Assembly (NCBI GenBank): GCA_040754495.1
Contig: JBFMCO010000022.1
Location: forward strand, 18,233-82,232
Direction of reading: 5' to 3'
DNA from: Candidatus Micrarchaeota archaeon
Lineage (GTDB): Archaea; Micrarchaeota; Micrarchaeia; Anstonellales; Bilamarchaeaceae
DNA: 64,000 nucleotides
Shown here: piece after piece, positions 50,795 through 60,858 of the stretch
Layout: every line of letters begins with the position of its first letter
Position numbering within the stretch: position 1 is the stretch's first letter
Made by a program: the position numbers and the translations under genes
Notes under the pieces: model-generated
Databases searched by the model: none
What the model was told of the DNA's origin: nothing
The model's input: the letters and a program-made list of their open reading frames with translations, nothing else

Positions 50795-52029
50795 TCGGCA
50801 AGGCTCTTCTGGCTCCTGTCCACCGCCTTCCTCGCCGCCTGCAAATCGTCGAGGACCAGCTGGCCGAAGACGCCGTCGTAGCCGGGCACCCACTTCACCT
50901 TTCCGGTGTTCACCCGCACGAGGGCGTCGGCTATGTCCTTCCCGGTCGCGAGCCGGAGCTGCTCCTCCGGCGCCTCATAGACTGCGAACTCGTTGCCGAA
51001 ATAGCGGATGAGCTTGGAATATTCCTCCGCGACCAGGGCTGAGGTCTCCGGCTTCTTCATCGCCTTCGAAATGACCGTGGTCAGGGGGACGATGTACTGG
51101 AACGGCACGGCATCAGCCGGCCTGAAGCCGGCCTTGCGGTCTGCAAGGTCGCTCACCCGATGGAGCACGCCTATCGTGAGCTTCTTCCTGCACACCGGGC
51201 AGATGTTCCCCTTCGCCTTGGATTCCGCTGGCGAGAGGAGCACCTTGCAGTCCCTGTGGCCGTCGAAATGGTACTTGCCCTCCTCGGGATAGAACTCGTA
51301 CGTCTTGAGGAGCCCCTTCCTGCTCTTGATTGCGTCAGTGACGGATTTGTATGTGGGTTCGCCGAGCTCGAAGACGTTGGCCTCGCGGCCGAGCTTCTCC
51401 GGGCTGTGCGCGTCGCTGTTCGAGAGGAGCGTGAAGCGGTCGAGCCCGCTCACGGTCCAGTTCATGGCAGGGTCGCTTGAGAGGCCGGTCTCGAGCGCGT
51501 AAATCCTGCGCGCCTTCTCCTCGAACGCCTCCTCGACCGAATCCACCCCGCCCCGCGAGCCGAATACCGAGAACCAGGGCGTCCAGGCATGGGCGGGGAT
51601 TATCATGATGTCTTCCGAGATGGAGAACAGCTCGTCGGCAAGGGCCGCGCTCGACATCATGAGCGTCGGCCGCCCGTCCTCTTTCAGGTTGCCATGATGC
51701 GAGAGCCGCTCGTTTACCTGCGCGACGATATCAAGGGAAGGTGCAAGGAGCACATGGTGCATGCGGCGGTTCTTCCCGCGGTAGTCGTAGGTCACGCTCA
51801 CTTCCGTGGAGAGTATGAAGCGGATGCCGCCAAAAGAGAACAGCCCGCTCCCGTCCTCCTGCAAATCGCGCCTGAGCTCGGAGAAATACCCCGGGTGGGT
51901 GAAATCCCCTGTGCCCATCAGGCTTATGCCCTTCACCTTCGCGCCTTCGGTGAGGCCGGATATGTCGCAGCGCGGGCTGGTGGCGCGTGCGTATTTGCTG
52001 TGCACGTGGAAGTCAGCGATTATCCGCAT
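50788..52029 (-). CDS. Endonuclease Q-like PHP-domain protein with a zinc finger
   Basis: MRIIADFHVHSKYARATS (PHP motif I), GTGDFTHPGY and CPVCRKKL..; about 413 aa. Confidence 0.65.
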   Translation of the reverse strand: MRIIADFHVHSKYARATSPRCDISGLTEGAKVKGISLMGTGDFTHPGYFSELRRDLQEDGSGLFSFGGIRFILSTEVSVTYDYRGKNRRMHHVLLAPSLDIVAQVNERLSHHGNLKEDGRPTLMMSSAALADELFSISEDIMIIPAHAWTPWFSVFGSRGGVDSVEEAFEEKARRIYALETGLSSDPAMNWTVSGLDRFTLLSNSDAHSPEKLGREANVFELGEPTYKSVTDAIKSRKGLLKTYEFYPEEGKYHFDGHRDCKVLLSPAESKAKGNICPVCRKKLTIGVLHRVSDLADRKAGFRPADAVPFQYIVPLTTVISKAMKKPETSALVAEEYSKLIRYFGNEFAVYEAPEEQLRLATGKDIADALVRVNTGKVKWVPGYDGVFGQLVLDDLQAARKAVDRSQKSLADY

Positions 52030-52080
52030 CGGCTGGAAAAGGCGGCCAAACTATTTAAAGAGCCCCTGCGATATGCGCTC

Positions 52081-52845
52081 ATGGGAGGAAAGAGGAAGGC
52101 GGAGCCCGTGCCATCGCGCAGCCCGTCAACGGCAATGCGTCCCTTCGAAAACGCTTTCGAAAGGGCATTCGGGATGAAGACCGGAGACATCGGAAAGAGC
52201 TGGGAGGGGGCCAAGTCACTCTTCAACCATGGAAAGGCCGAACCCGCCATGAAGGAGCTCCTCGAGCGCGCGGACGAGCGGCTCGGATACGCCCTCATCG
52301 GAGCCGGATGCCTGCTCCTTTTCGTCCTCACCTTCGCCGCCTCGGCCGAATACGTGCATGTGGTCAATTTCGAGTCCAGGACGGTAGGCGACATAGTCGG
52401 GGAGCAGCTTCCGACGCTGGACCCGCCCATACTCATTCCCATAGCGGCTTATTCGTTCATCCTCCACGCCGTCCTGACCTTTGCCCTCAATCTGGCGCAG
52501 GAGTTCGCGGCGTTCCACATCGCGAGGCTGACCGGGGGGACCGGGACTTTCAGGCAGCAGCTTTATCTTTCCTCGGTGGTGTGGCTGGCCGTGTCGATGT
52601 CCTGGTCCGTGACGCTCCTCGGGCCGCTATACTGCCTTGCGTTCGTGGCGATAGCGTCCCTCATCCTCGTCACCTTCCTCTACCTCATGGTCTACATGAA
52701 CGGGAGGGCGTATGCGATAGCGCACAACATCTCCCTCCTTCACGGAGCGACGATAGCATTCGTGCTCGTAGTCCCGAAGATAGCCATCTGGATGCTCGCC
52801 TCCTCGGCGCTCGCCACCCTGATGGGCCTCCCGATAGGTGCCTGA
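52081..52845 (+). CDS. Yip1-like multi-pass membrane protein
   Basis: Soluble N-terminus followed by four or five TM helices. The upstream extension to 51589 is antisense to the EndoQ gene and was rejected. Confidence 0.5.
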   Translation: MGGKRKAEPVPSRSPSTAMRPFENAFERAFGMKTGDIGKSWEGAKSLFNHGKAEPAMKELLERADERLGYALIGAGCLLLFVLTFAASAEYVHVVNFESRTVGDIVGEQLPTLDPPILIPIAAYSFILHAVLTFALNLAQEFAAFHIARLTGGTGTFRQQLYLSSVVWLAVSMSWSVTLLGPLYCLAFVAIASLILVTFLYLMVYMNGRAYAIAHNISLLHGATIAFVLVVPKIAIWMLASSALATLMGLPIGA

Positions 52846-53803
52846 CATGCCGTTCGACCCGAAAAAATTCATAGCCCAGGCGGAGAAGGAAATCGCGAAG
52901 ACCCTTGGCAGGGAAACCGCCGTCACCGCAGTCTCTGGCGGAGTGGATTCGTTCGTTGCCGCGACGCTCGCGGCAAGGGCATCCCCCGGCCAGGTCCACA
53001 TCGTCTATGTGGACAACGGCCTGATGCGGAAGAATGAAACCGAGAAGGTCAGGTCCGCGGCCCGCGCGCTCGGCGTCGAGCTGCACGTCCTTGACGGCAG
53101 GGCGAGGTTCCTCGGGGCGCTTGCAGGAGTAGCCGAGCCCGAGGCCAAGCGGAAAATCATAGGAGAGGTCTTCGTGAGGATGTTCGAGGAGGAGGCGAAA
53201 AAGCTCAACGCCGCCTTCCTCATCCAGGGCACCATCGCACCCGACTGGATAGAAAGCGGAGGCATGGGCCGCGACACGATAAAGAGCCACCACAACGTGG
53301 GCGGGCTGCCCGAGAAAATGCACCTCAAGCTGTGCGAGCCTCTGCGCGAGCTGTACAAGCACGAGGTCCGGATGGTCGGGAAGGAGCTCGGGCTCCCGGA
53401 GAGCATATACCAGAGGCAGCCGTTCCCGGGCCCGGGCCTCGGCGTCCGCATAGTGGGGGAGGTCACCGCGGAGAAGGTGCTGATTGTGCAGGATGCGTGC
53501 GACATCGCCGAGACCGAGATAGACGCCGCGGTCGCGGCCGGGAAGATGGAGAGGCCGTGGCAGTATTTCGCTGCTCTCCTGCCCTCGAAGACCGTAGGCG
53601 TGCGCGGGGACGAAAGGGCGTACCAGTATACGGTCGTCGTCCGCGCGGTCCGCTCTCTTGACGGCATGACCGCGAATTTTTCCCACATCCCGCCCGAGGT
53701 TCTCGAGAGGATTTCCACGCGGATAACGAACGAAATCAGGACGGTGGGGCGCGTGGTCTACGACATCACGAACAAGCCGCCCGGGACGATAGAGATGGAG
53801 TGA
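52838..53803 (+). CDS. guaAB: GMP synthase (glutamine-hydrolysing) subunit B (ATP pyrophosphatase subunit)
   Basis: AVSGGVDSFVAATL (PP-loop), QGTIAPDWIESGG, KSHHNVGGLP, RQPFPGPGL. Confidence 0.9.
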   Translation: MPDMPFDPKKFIAQAEKEIAKTLGRETAVTAVSGGVDSFVAATLAARASPGQVHIVYVDNGLMRKNETEKVRSAARALGVELHVLDGRARFLGALAGVAEPEAKRKIIGEVFVRMFEEEAKKLNAAFLIQGTIAPDWIESGGMGRDTIKSHHNVGGLPEKMHLKLCEPLRELYKHEVRMVGKELGLPESIYQRQPFPGPGLGVRIVGEVTAEKVLIVQDACDIAETEIDAAVAAGKMERPWQYFAALLPSKTVGVRGDERAYQYTVVVRAVRSLDGMTANFSHIPPEVLERISTRITNEIRTVGRVVYDITNKPPGTIEME

Positions 53804-53812
53804 CGGAGTGGC

Positions 53813-54793
53813 CTAGACGAGGGACGGCTCGATGGATACCGGCCACTTCGTCCCCTGCGGCCCGGCGACCAGCCCGCTTTTTATCAGCTTGGCCCTGCCG
53901 CATGCCTGGTGCAATGCCGAATGGATGTCGTCCTTGAAGAACCAGGACTCGAAAAAATTGTTGCCCTGCGGATAGAACGAGGCAAGCTCTGCAAGGGTCC
54001 CGAGCACCCCGTTCGAGATGTCATGCAGGCAAAAGCCATGGTAATCCTCGAAATATGCGAAATAGGAAGGATTCGCCCTCGAATAGTGCCGCAGCATGGC
54101 AGCATACATCAGGGAAAGGAGCGCAAGCGACTCCTCGGGGTTTGCGGAAAGCTCGTTCGCAAATGCGAACGCCCTCCGAAGCCTTATTCCGAGCACCTCG
54201 AAAAAAACGACGTTCCCCCCGCATGCATGATAATTGGCTTCAGGATGCGGGATTATGATGCCGGACAGCTCCATGTCTCTCATCGCCTCATCAAGGTCCG
54301 GGCAGGAAGCGCGCTCGGACGAGTCGAACTTCGCCTGGATGGCATCGCGCTCGCCGCGTCCATCGGCCTCGTAATACCGCCGCATGAAATCGGCACGGCG
54401 CGCGATGACGCCCGTCCCGTCCTCCACGTAGCCGGAGTACATGGCCGAGACCGCCCGGCCGCCGAGGGCGGATATACGGAGCTCGCGCGCATCGATGAAA
54501 TTTTGGGGGAACATGCTCCTGGCAAAACGCAGGGCGAGGAAGCGCATGACGTGGTTGGCCGGCTCCCGCGGCGAAACCTGGTACGGGGAGACGTATTTTC
54601 CATCGGCGTGGTACAGCTGGAAACTCATACCCCGGGCGCCGTCCATATCCTGCAGCCGCTCGACCATGCCGGAATATCTCCCGGAAAGCATGCGGCTGAC
54701 GCTGGCCTCGTCGGTCCGGCAAAACGGCTCGCGCTCTCCCCGGACAGGCTGCGCGCAGCGTATCCGCGGGCGGGCCCGGCTGGTCCCATCCAT
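53813..54793 (-). CDS. Hypothetical protein (326 aa)
   Basis: Aromatic-rich, protein-like composition. The antisense ORF 53909..54823 is Arg/Gly/His-rich and was rejected. Confidence 0.5.
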   Translation of the reverse strand: MDGTSRARPRIRCAQPVRGEREPFCRTDEASVSRMLSGRYSGMVERLQDMDGARGMSFQLYHADGKYVSPYQVSPREPANHVMRFLALRFARSMFPQNFIDARELRISALGGRAVSAMYSGYVEDGTGVIARRADFMRRYYEADGRGERDAIQAKFDSSERASCPDLDEAMRDMELSGIIIPHPEANYHACGGNVVFFEVLGIRLRRAFAFANELSANPEESLALLSLMYAAMLRHYSRANPSYFAYFEDYHGFCLHDISNGVLGTLAELASFYPQGNNFFESWFFKDDIHSALHQACGRAKLIKSGLVAGPQGTKWPVSIEPSLV

Positions 54794-54819
54794 GTTATAC
54801 TAAGTAGTTTGACGTGTTT

Positions 54820-55413
54820 TTAAATGGGCTGCCATGCGCGTTCGGCGGCGGACAGCCGGTGCCGGCCGCCCGGCACGATGCTCCTCCTGAAGGCCATGCG
54901 CAGGGACTGCTCGCCATCGTCGTTGTGGGCCAGCCTCAGGCCGGCCGCTTCCAGCGTTGGGCGTATGCACCCGGCAAATGCCTTCATTGCATCCCTGTCG
55001 CGGAAGTTCTCGACGCTCCGTATCGCAGCCCCGCCCCGCGTGAGCACCATGCAGCCGCCCCCGGATTTCCCCAGCCACAGCTCGGCCGCGGTTATTTGCC
55101 CGTAGGTAAGCCTCTTCGGGCCCATGCCGAGCGTCGGCTGGATGAGCAGCCCCTCCTCGAACACCCTGAGCGGCACCTTGAAGAGGAGGCCGTTCGACTT
55201 CAGGTACATGCCGAAGAATCCCATGAACGCGAGCCCGCTCAGGGCGAATACGAATGCCGTAGGGGCCGCGCCGGAAAGGGGCTCGTGAGGGGAGGCGAGG
55301 ATGTATATGGGGATGACCAGCAGCGGCATGAAGGAGAGTGCAAGCACCACGAGCCCGGCTGAGCTGTGGTCTTGCGAATAGTCCCTTGCGTCAGCGACCA
55401 TCTTCATGGGCAA
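54820..55413 (-). CDS. Membrane protein (197 aa); hypothetical
   Basis: Three TM helices followed by a soluble C-terminal domain. Confidence 0.5.
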   Translation of the reverse strand: MPMKMVADARDYSQDHSSAGLVVLALSFMPLLVIPIYILASPHEPLSGAAPTAFVFALSGLAFMGFFGMYLKSNGLLFKVPLRVFEEGLLIQPTLGMGPKRLTYGQITAAELWLGKSGGGCMVLTRGGAAIRSVENFRDRDAMKAFAGCIRPTLEAAGLRLAHNDDGEQSLRMAFRRSIVPGGRHRLSAAERAWQPI

Positions 55414-55424
55414 ACCATCCGGGG

Positions 55425-55703
55425 TCAGATGCTCTCGAGCAGCCTGAGGAACCTGGAATGCAGCGGCGTCGAGCCATCCAGCCGCAGCTCCGAAACGTTC
55501 CTGGCGACACGCATGTCTAGGTCGGCCCGCGCCATCGCTTGCGCGCCGCCCGTCCTCGCGCCCTCTGCCGGGGTGCGCACGTGCCTCGCGGCCCTCCCGA
55601 GGGAGTCGAGCGCGCCATGGAGCTCCCGCTCCTCCCTCCTTATTGAAGGCAGCTGCCGCTCGGCCTGCTTCGGGGCAACTCTTTCGCGGAACGTCTCCAC
55701 CAT
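55425..55703 (-). CDS. Small hypothetical protein (92 aa)
   Basis: ORF only. Confidence 0.3.
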   Translation of the reverse strand: MVETFRERVAPKQAERQLPSIRREERELHGALDSLGRAARHVRTPAEGARTGGAQAMARADLDMRVARNVSELRLDGSTPLHSRFLRLLESI

Positions 55704-55822
55704 GTTCCCACTTTTTAACGTTTATTGCGATAAATTAGTGCATGAAAGAGTTTTAATGCCTATCGAGCGCCTATTGGGGTGCGTATCATAGGTTTAATTG
55801 TCTTCACGCATATGAATAGTGC

Positions 55823-56245
55823 GTGAGAAAAAGTCTTGTCCGGAGCGATGAGGAATTCGGCCAGGGTATGCGGCTCCTCGAGCGCGACCTGGGCAACGTC
55901 TTCAGGAATGCCCAGAACGCCCCTCCCGAGCAGCGGGCGTGGGCGCGGGACGTGCTGGAGGAGGCGGCGAGAATCGCAAGGAGCGGCGGCGACAGGCGGA
56001 GCCTTGAGCGCATGCTCCGCTCTCCGCCAAGCGGCGTATCGGCACAGCTCGTTTCCGCCCTCGCGACTGCGGCGAATTCTGCGCTCTCGCTTCCGGATAC
56101 GCAGCAGCAGAGGGCGGCCGTTGGCAGCGAGCTTGAAAATGCCGCGTCCCAGCTTTACAGCGGCCACCTTCCGGGGCAGGGGCCTCCGGCCGGCATGCTC
56201 GAGCATTACCGGCGCGTGATGAAAAGCACGCCGCGGAAGCAGTGA
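55823..56245 (+). CDS. Hypothetical protein (140 aa)
   Basis: ORF with helical-looking composition. Confidence 0.4.
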   Translation: MRKSLVRSDEEFGQGMRLLERDLGNVFRNAQNAPPEQRAWARDVLEEAARIARSGGDRRSLERMLRSPPSGVSAQLVSALATAANSALSLPDTQQQRAAVGSELENAASQLYSGHLPGQGPPAGMLEHYRRVMKSTPRKQ

Positions 56246-56275
56246 TTAAGTTACTTTCGGCGCCTTGTTCTCTCC

Positions 56276-56782
56276 ATGGAAGGGATAGAGGAGGCGAAGG
56301 GGCTCGTCGTCCAGCAGCGCTACCGGGAGGCGGCCGACGCCCTCGACCGCATGCTCGCAACCGATAGCGGCCGGGACGACCTGTGGTACCTGCGGGGCAT
56401 CGTCTCGCTGAAGATGAAGAACTACGACGCGGCCCTGGAGTGCTTCGAGCGCGCCCTCCTGCTCGGCCGCCGCTCGCGCTATTATCAGATAAAGGGTATG
56501 GCCCATTTCGAGCTCTTCGAGATGGACCAGGCCGTGGAGGCCTTCGGCGAGGCCCTCGCCATAGAGCCCAAGGACGCCACCACCAATTTCTTCCTGGCCA
56601 TCTGCTACATGTTCATGGACGACCCGCGCTCGGATGCGCACATACGCCGCGCGCGAGAGCTTGATGGCCGCAAGACAAGGCAGCTCCTGCTGAACTTCTA
56701 CACGCTCTTCATGAAGGACGACCCACGCATCAACGATGCGCAGAAGAAGAGGATTGAAGAGCGCATGAATGGGCTGAAGTGA
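56276..56782 (+). CDS. TPR-repeat protein
   Basis: Repeated 34-aa units of the W-LG-Y-A-F-A-P type (for example AADALDRMLATDSGRDDLWYLRGIVSLKMKNYDAALECFERALLL). Confidence 0.7.
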   Translation: MEGIEEAKGLVVQQRYREAADALDRMLATDSGRDDLWYLRGIVSLKMKNYDAALECFERALLLGRRSRYYQIKGMAHFELFEMDQAVEAFGEALAIEPKDATTNFFLAICYMFMDDPRSDAHIRRARELDGRKTRQLLLNFYTLFMKDDPRINDAQKKRIEERMNGLK

Positions 56783-56850
56783 AACGTGATTAGGCTTTTC
56801 CCTAATGAAATCCCCGCTTTTTAAGTGAAGAAAACGCAGTATAATCGGTC

Positions 56851-58029
56851 ATGAAGAACAGCATATTGTTGCTCGGACTAATGATTTGGGGAGTTCTTTC
56901 CTTTGCGTATGGGGGTGCGGCTTATTCGACGAACGCCTACTATGCCGTGATGTTCGATGACCGGGGCCTCGCTAGCACCGCGCTGCGGCTCGATTACGTG
57001 AACAACGGGCAGGGTGCGATTGACCACATCAGCCTGGACATACCCGGGAACGACGTGCGCATCGTCAGCGCTTATGTGAAAGAGGAGTGCCTGCCGGAAA
57101 ACAGCTCGCCCCGGGATTACGGCTATTACTACTACGATGACTGTCCTTACCCGGGTTACAGTTTCGTGCCGGCGAAACTGACGGCATTGGGCGGCGGCAG
57201 CTACAGCATCGCATTGAACAAGACAGTCCAGAAGGGCGGCGGCACCAGCATTCTGGTTTTCTACCGCGCTTTCGGATATGTGGACGATACCCTGACCGGG
57301 AAGAGGTTCGATTTCGAGACACCCGGGTACGATTTCGATGTGGAGAGCACGCGGGTGGCCATCGACGTGGATGAGGACCTGCACCTCAAAGAAGGCGGCA
57401 GCGAGGGCAATTATAACCAGATGCGGAGTGCCGTGCTTGCGGGGGGCGCGGCACCGGGCTCAAGCAACCTGCAGTCAGCTCTCTCCAGCTCGTACAGCTA
57501 TGTCAGCTATGCACACGGATATGTGAGGCAGAAGAGCGCCCTGCTTGCAGGCGAGTCGTTCACGATGAGCGGCAATTACGGGAAGGAATGGCTACAGCTT
57601 TATCTGCCCGAGATGGCTGCCATGTTGCTGGTCCTGGCAGGGGTCGGTTGGTTCGTGCGGAAGAAGGCAAACGAGGCGGAGCGTCAGGTGCAAAAGGGCA
57701 ACGGCGAGAGGAAGGGCGACCTGGCCGATGTCGCCGTGTTTTCATTCATCTCCGCGGTGGGATTTGCGCTGCTCATATCGCTCGCGGTGCTCGTGATTTT
57801 GTGGAGCAGGACGAAGGCGGAGGACCCCGGCGTGCTGGCGCTTGCCGGATTCCTTGCATGGCTGTCGGTCACGGCATACCTCTACATCCAGAAGAGCAAG
57901 GAAGGGAACGGCCTTGCAGCGGCGATGATGTTCGTCGGCTTCAGCGTTATAATCACTCCCTTCATGCTCCTGATGGCGCTGTGGATATGGTCGCTGGTGG
58001 CGTATCATCCGCCCTATTACTACTATTGA
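56851..58029 (+). CDS. Secreted and membrane-anchored protein: signal peptide, extracellular domain, C-terminal TM helices
   Basis: MKNSILLLGLMIWGVLSFAYG signal. Tyr-rich domain. TM segments at about aa 280-390. Confidence 0.6.
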   Translation: MKNSILLLGLMIWGVLSFAYGGAAYSTNAYYAVMFDDRGLASTALRLDYVNNGQGAIDHISLDIPGNDVRIVSAYVKEECLPENSSPRDYGYYYYDDCPYPGYSFVPAKLTALGGGSYSIALNKTVQKGGGTSILVFYRAFGYVDDTLTGKRFDFETPGYDFDVESTRVAIDVDEDLHLKEGGSEGNYNQMRSAVLAGGAAPGSSNLQSALSSSYSYVSYAHGYVRQKSALLAGESFTMSGNYGKEWLQLYLPEMAAMLLVLAGVGWFVRKKANEAERQVQKGNGERKGDLADVAVFSFISAVGFALLISLAVLVILWSRTKAEDPGVLALAGFLAWLSVTAYLYIQKSKEGNGLAAAMMFVGFSVIITPFMLLMALWIWSLVAYHPPYYYY

Positions 58030-58052
58030 GGATGGGTGCGGGTGCCATCTTT

Positions 58053-58625
58053 TTATCCTTTTTTCCCGCTCATGCGCTGGAACACGAGCACCGCAACGAG
58101 CGCCAGCGTGAGCAGCAGGAAGAACATCGCCAGGACGCCTACGAAGCTCTGCGAACCTGATTGAAGGGAGCCGAGTGCCGAGGACAGGCATGCGCCCTCT
58201 CCGCAGCCTGTTGGGATTGTGGCATTCTGGGACGGGGGGGCAGTCACCGCCGGCGAACCGGTAAGCGCGCTGATTATTATGGGCATTGCGGCATAAAGGA
58301 AGAGTAGCCCGACGCTGATGATTGCGGAGCCGCTGGCAAGGAGCATGACGACGCTCATGCGCCTTCCTTCCACTATCCCCCTCCCGGTGCGGGTGAGGCG
58401 GTAGTATTTCCATTTTTTTTCGGCATACTCCGGAACCAGCTCGATAAGACCCGCCTTCTGGAGCTGCCCCACGTGCTCCAGGACCGTCGGCGCGGAGATG
58501 CCGAGTTCGGCGGCAAGCTCGCTCTGGGTCTTCTGCCTCTCGCGCAGCGCCTTGAGCATTTTCGTGCGGGTCTCGGCCCCCATGGCGCGGAGCATCTGGC
58601 GGCTCACGACAACGTCCTCGTCCAC
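58053..58625 (-). CDS. ArsR-family winged-helix regulator fused to a C-terminal transmembrane region
   Basis: TRTKMLKALRERQKTQSELAAELGISAPTVLEHVGQLQKAGLI followed by two TM helices. Confidence 0.7.
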   Translation of the reverse strand: MDEDVVVSRQMLRAMGAETRTKMLKALRERQKTQSELAAELGISAPTVLEHVGQLQKAGLIELVPEYAEKKWKYYRLTRTGRGIVEGRRMSVVMLLASGSAIISVGLLFLYAAMPIIISALTGSPAVTAPPSQNATIPTGCGEGACLSSALGSLQSGSQSFVGVLAMFFLLLTLALVAVLVFQRMSGKKG

Positions 58626-58714
58626 GGAAAGGGTACGCAGGGCGCATTTAATTGTTTTACGAAATGATTAGGCGACGCCGGCAAGCGCAGGGAGCGCATA
58701 CGCTCCATGGGGAG

Positions 58715-59044
58715 CTAGCCGAAAAGCAGCACGCCCGCCACGATGGACGCGTTCACGAGGGTGAAGAGCGCGTATATCGCTATGATATGCCTCTCATTAT
58801 GCACTATGCCATAGAGCATCCAGAAGACCGCCCCGACCGTGTATGCAAACCACGACAGGGCGGAAACGCCGGAGGCGTCCTTCTCCAGCCAAATCTTGGC
58901 CGCCTGGGGAACTGTCATCAGCACGGTGAAAAGGGCCACCGCGAAGACAAGATTGTCGAACGCGGCTTTCCACTTCTCCGTCACGGGCCTCCGCACGGCC
59001 CTGGCCGCTGGGGCCGATGACGACAACTTTCCGGGTTTTACCAT
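58715..59044 (-). CDS. PQ-loop / SemiSWEET-like 3-TM transporter
   Basis: Three TM helices with TVPQAAKIW (PQ motif); about 100 aa. Confidence 0.5.
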   Translation of the reverse strand: MVKPGKLSSSAPAARAVRRPVTEKWKAAFDNLVFAVALFTVLMTVPQAAKIWLEKDASGVSALSWFAYTVGAVFWMLYGIVHNERHIIAIYALFTLVNASIVAGVLLFG

Positions 59045-59096
59045 GCAATGCAGATGCCCGGGCGGGTTAATATTTCTTCGCTAAGTTGCCTATTGC

Positions 59097-59558
59097 ATGA
59101 GGACGCCCGTCCTTGCGCTTATCGCGCTCCTTGCCGTCGGTTGCATCGAGCCGCAGGTCAGCCAGGAGCTGCCTCCTGACCTGTATATAGCCTATTCGTA
59201 CGGAGCGTGCCACGCCGAGTGGGGCCGCACGGTGATAGAGATAGACGCCGAGGGCCGCGGCACCTACGAGAGCGGCATAGGGAACGGGGATGCCGGAGAT
59301 GGGCCGGGCGTCGTGAGCGAAACGAGGCTGTTCAGGCTGGACCGGACCGAGCTTCTCTCGCTCCTCAACGGGATAGAGAGGTCCGGATTCTTCTACCTCG
59401 AGGACAGGTACGCGAACCCGCTCATCGTGGACGGCGACTGCAACTATATCTCCGTGACGCGAAACGGAACGGAGAAGATGGTTTCCATCTCGAACACGAA
59501 GCCGCCGGAAGCGTATTCGAAGGCGGCCGCGCTGATATCCGAAGCCGCTTCGGGCTAA
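59097..59558 (+). CDS. Predicted lipoprotein (153 aa); hypothetical
   Basis: LLAVGC lipobox. Confidence 0.55.
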   Translation: MRTPVLALIALLAVGCIEPQVSQELPPDLYIAYSYGACHAEWGRTVIEIDAEGRGTYESGIGNGDAGDGPGVVSETRLFRLDRTELLSLLNGIERSGFFYLEDRYANPLIVDGDCNYISVTRNGTEKMVSISNTKPPEAYSKAAALISEAASG

Positions 59559-59962
59559 TGGCCTGCGGCGTAGCCGGGCCATAATCCATCGCAGTCCTCC
59601 GAGCTCTCCCCGGTCTTGCTCGAAGTCAGCACCGCGCACTGGTCGCCCTCTTCCACGCGGTAGATATCCAGGGCGAAGCCCTCGCCGCCGGCCGATGCCG
59701 TGCCTGATGAGCGGCACGCCTGCCTGCCCCGCCAGCTCTCGATGCCCTGGACCGTGAAATTCAGCTTCGTGCCGAAGACATCCATGTATCCCTTGTCCCC
59801 GGCATGGCAGCGGGCCGCGTCGAATGAGACGTTTTCCAGCTCCACGCGCACGCTGCTCCCGATGCTCCGGTAGGTCAGATAGCTGAAAAAGCCGGCCGCG
59901 GCAAGGCACGAGAGCAGGAGGAAGGAGAATACTATGAGCGCCTCCCTCGGCCCTATGCTCAT
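59555..59962 (-). CDS. Membrane-anchored hypothetical protein
   Basis: The start was chosen at MSIGPREAL. Its ATG overlaps the upstream stop (ATGA). Confidence 0.4.
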   Translation of the reverse strand: MSIGPREALIVFSFLLLSCLAAAGFFSYLTYRSIGSSVRVELENVSFDAARCHAGDKGYMDVFGTKLNFTVQGIESWRGRQACRSSGTASAGGEGFALDIYRVEEGDQCAVLTSSKTGESSEDCDGLWPGYAAGH

Positions 59963-60858
59963 GACGCTTCCTCCAGCTTCTTGCGCATCTGGTTCAGCCA
60001 CACGCGCTCCTTGACAGCCCTGGGAACTACGGACTGCGCCAGCTTGTCCAGGTTGCCGAGGCGCTCCCGCGACGTCCAGACCTTCTTTTTCTTGAGCGAG
60101 CGCAGGTAATCCGGGTTGGCGAGCAGTATCTGCCGCACCATCCGCTCGTAATGCTGGCGCTTCCGCGTGACCTCCTGGAATTTCCGGAGGGCTGTCGTTT
60201 CTGCGACCGTCCCCTTGCCGCGCATGCGCATAAGCTGCCCCTGCGCCTGCATCTCTGCGTACCTGAGATTGTTTATCAGCGTCATGAACTTGGCAATCGG
60301 TATCTGGATGAGCGAATCGGAAAGAAGGAGGAGCCAGCCTTCCTTGAGGAGCATCTTGTCTGCCTTCTCTATAGCCGCCATCGCATCCTGCTTGTCCATC
60401 TCGCCGCTAACATAGCCCCGCAGCTGGGGGTACGTGGCCGCGAGGGCCTTGGAATCTACCGTGCCCACCCAGCCCTTGAGGAAGCCCTTCGCGTCCTTGA
60501 GCTGGGCGCGCCATGAGCGGAGCGTCGCAAGCTTCGCCGCGGCCTCCTTGGCCGGCACGCTCTTGAAATCCAGGAGCCACGCCTTCTTCTGGAGGACCTT
60601 GCCGATGTACTCGTCATCCATGAACGCCTGGAGCAGTTCGGGGTAGTATTTGTGGAGGGCGCGGAATTCCTCCAGGCAATAAAGCAGCTCGTCGTATATC
60701 TCCGAGGTCTTCTTCGCTATCTCCAGCCTTGTTTCGGCCATCTCCTTCTTGATGTCGCGGTCGTAGATGCGCCGGTACTGCTCGTCAAGCCTCTTTAGCT
60801 TCTCCTTCTTCTCGCGCAGATATGCGGCGGCTTCCTCGAGGTATTCGACGAGAAGCAT
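59959..60858 (-). CDS. Hypothetical helical-looking protein (about 300 aa)
   Basis: The start was chosen at MLLVEYLEE. The TGATG overlap with the upstream gene's stop suggests translational coupling. Confidence 0.5.
   Translation of the reverse strand: MLLVEYLEEAAAYLREKKEKLKRLDEQYRRIYDRDIKKEMAETRLEIAKKTSEIYDELLYCLEEFRALHKYYPELLQAFMDDEYIGKVLQKKAWLLDFKSVPAKEAAAKLATLRSWRAQLKDAKGFLKGWVGTVDSKALAATYPQLRGYVSGEMDKQDAMAAIEKADKMLLKEGWLLLLSDSLIQIPIAKFMTLINNLRYAEMQAQGQLMRMRGKGTVAETTALRKFQEVTRKRQHYERMVRQILLANPDYLRSLKKKKVWTSRERLGNLDKLAQSVVPRAVKERVWLNQMRKKLEEAS

Noticed and set aside
53909-54823. Plus-strand 304-aa ORF opposite 53813..54793
   Set aside because: Arg/Gly/His-rich. The minus-strand ORF has balanced, aromatic-containing composition.
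57742-58647. 301-aa minus-strand ORF overlapping the ArsR-TM gene in another frame
   Set aside because: Arg/Pro/His-rich spurious frame. The ArsR helix-turn-helix is in the other frame.
59067-59909. 280-aa minus-strand ORF covering lipoprotein gene 59097..59558
   Set aside because: Arg/Gly-rich. The plus-strand ORF has a clean lipoprotein signal.
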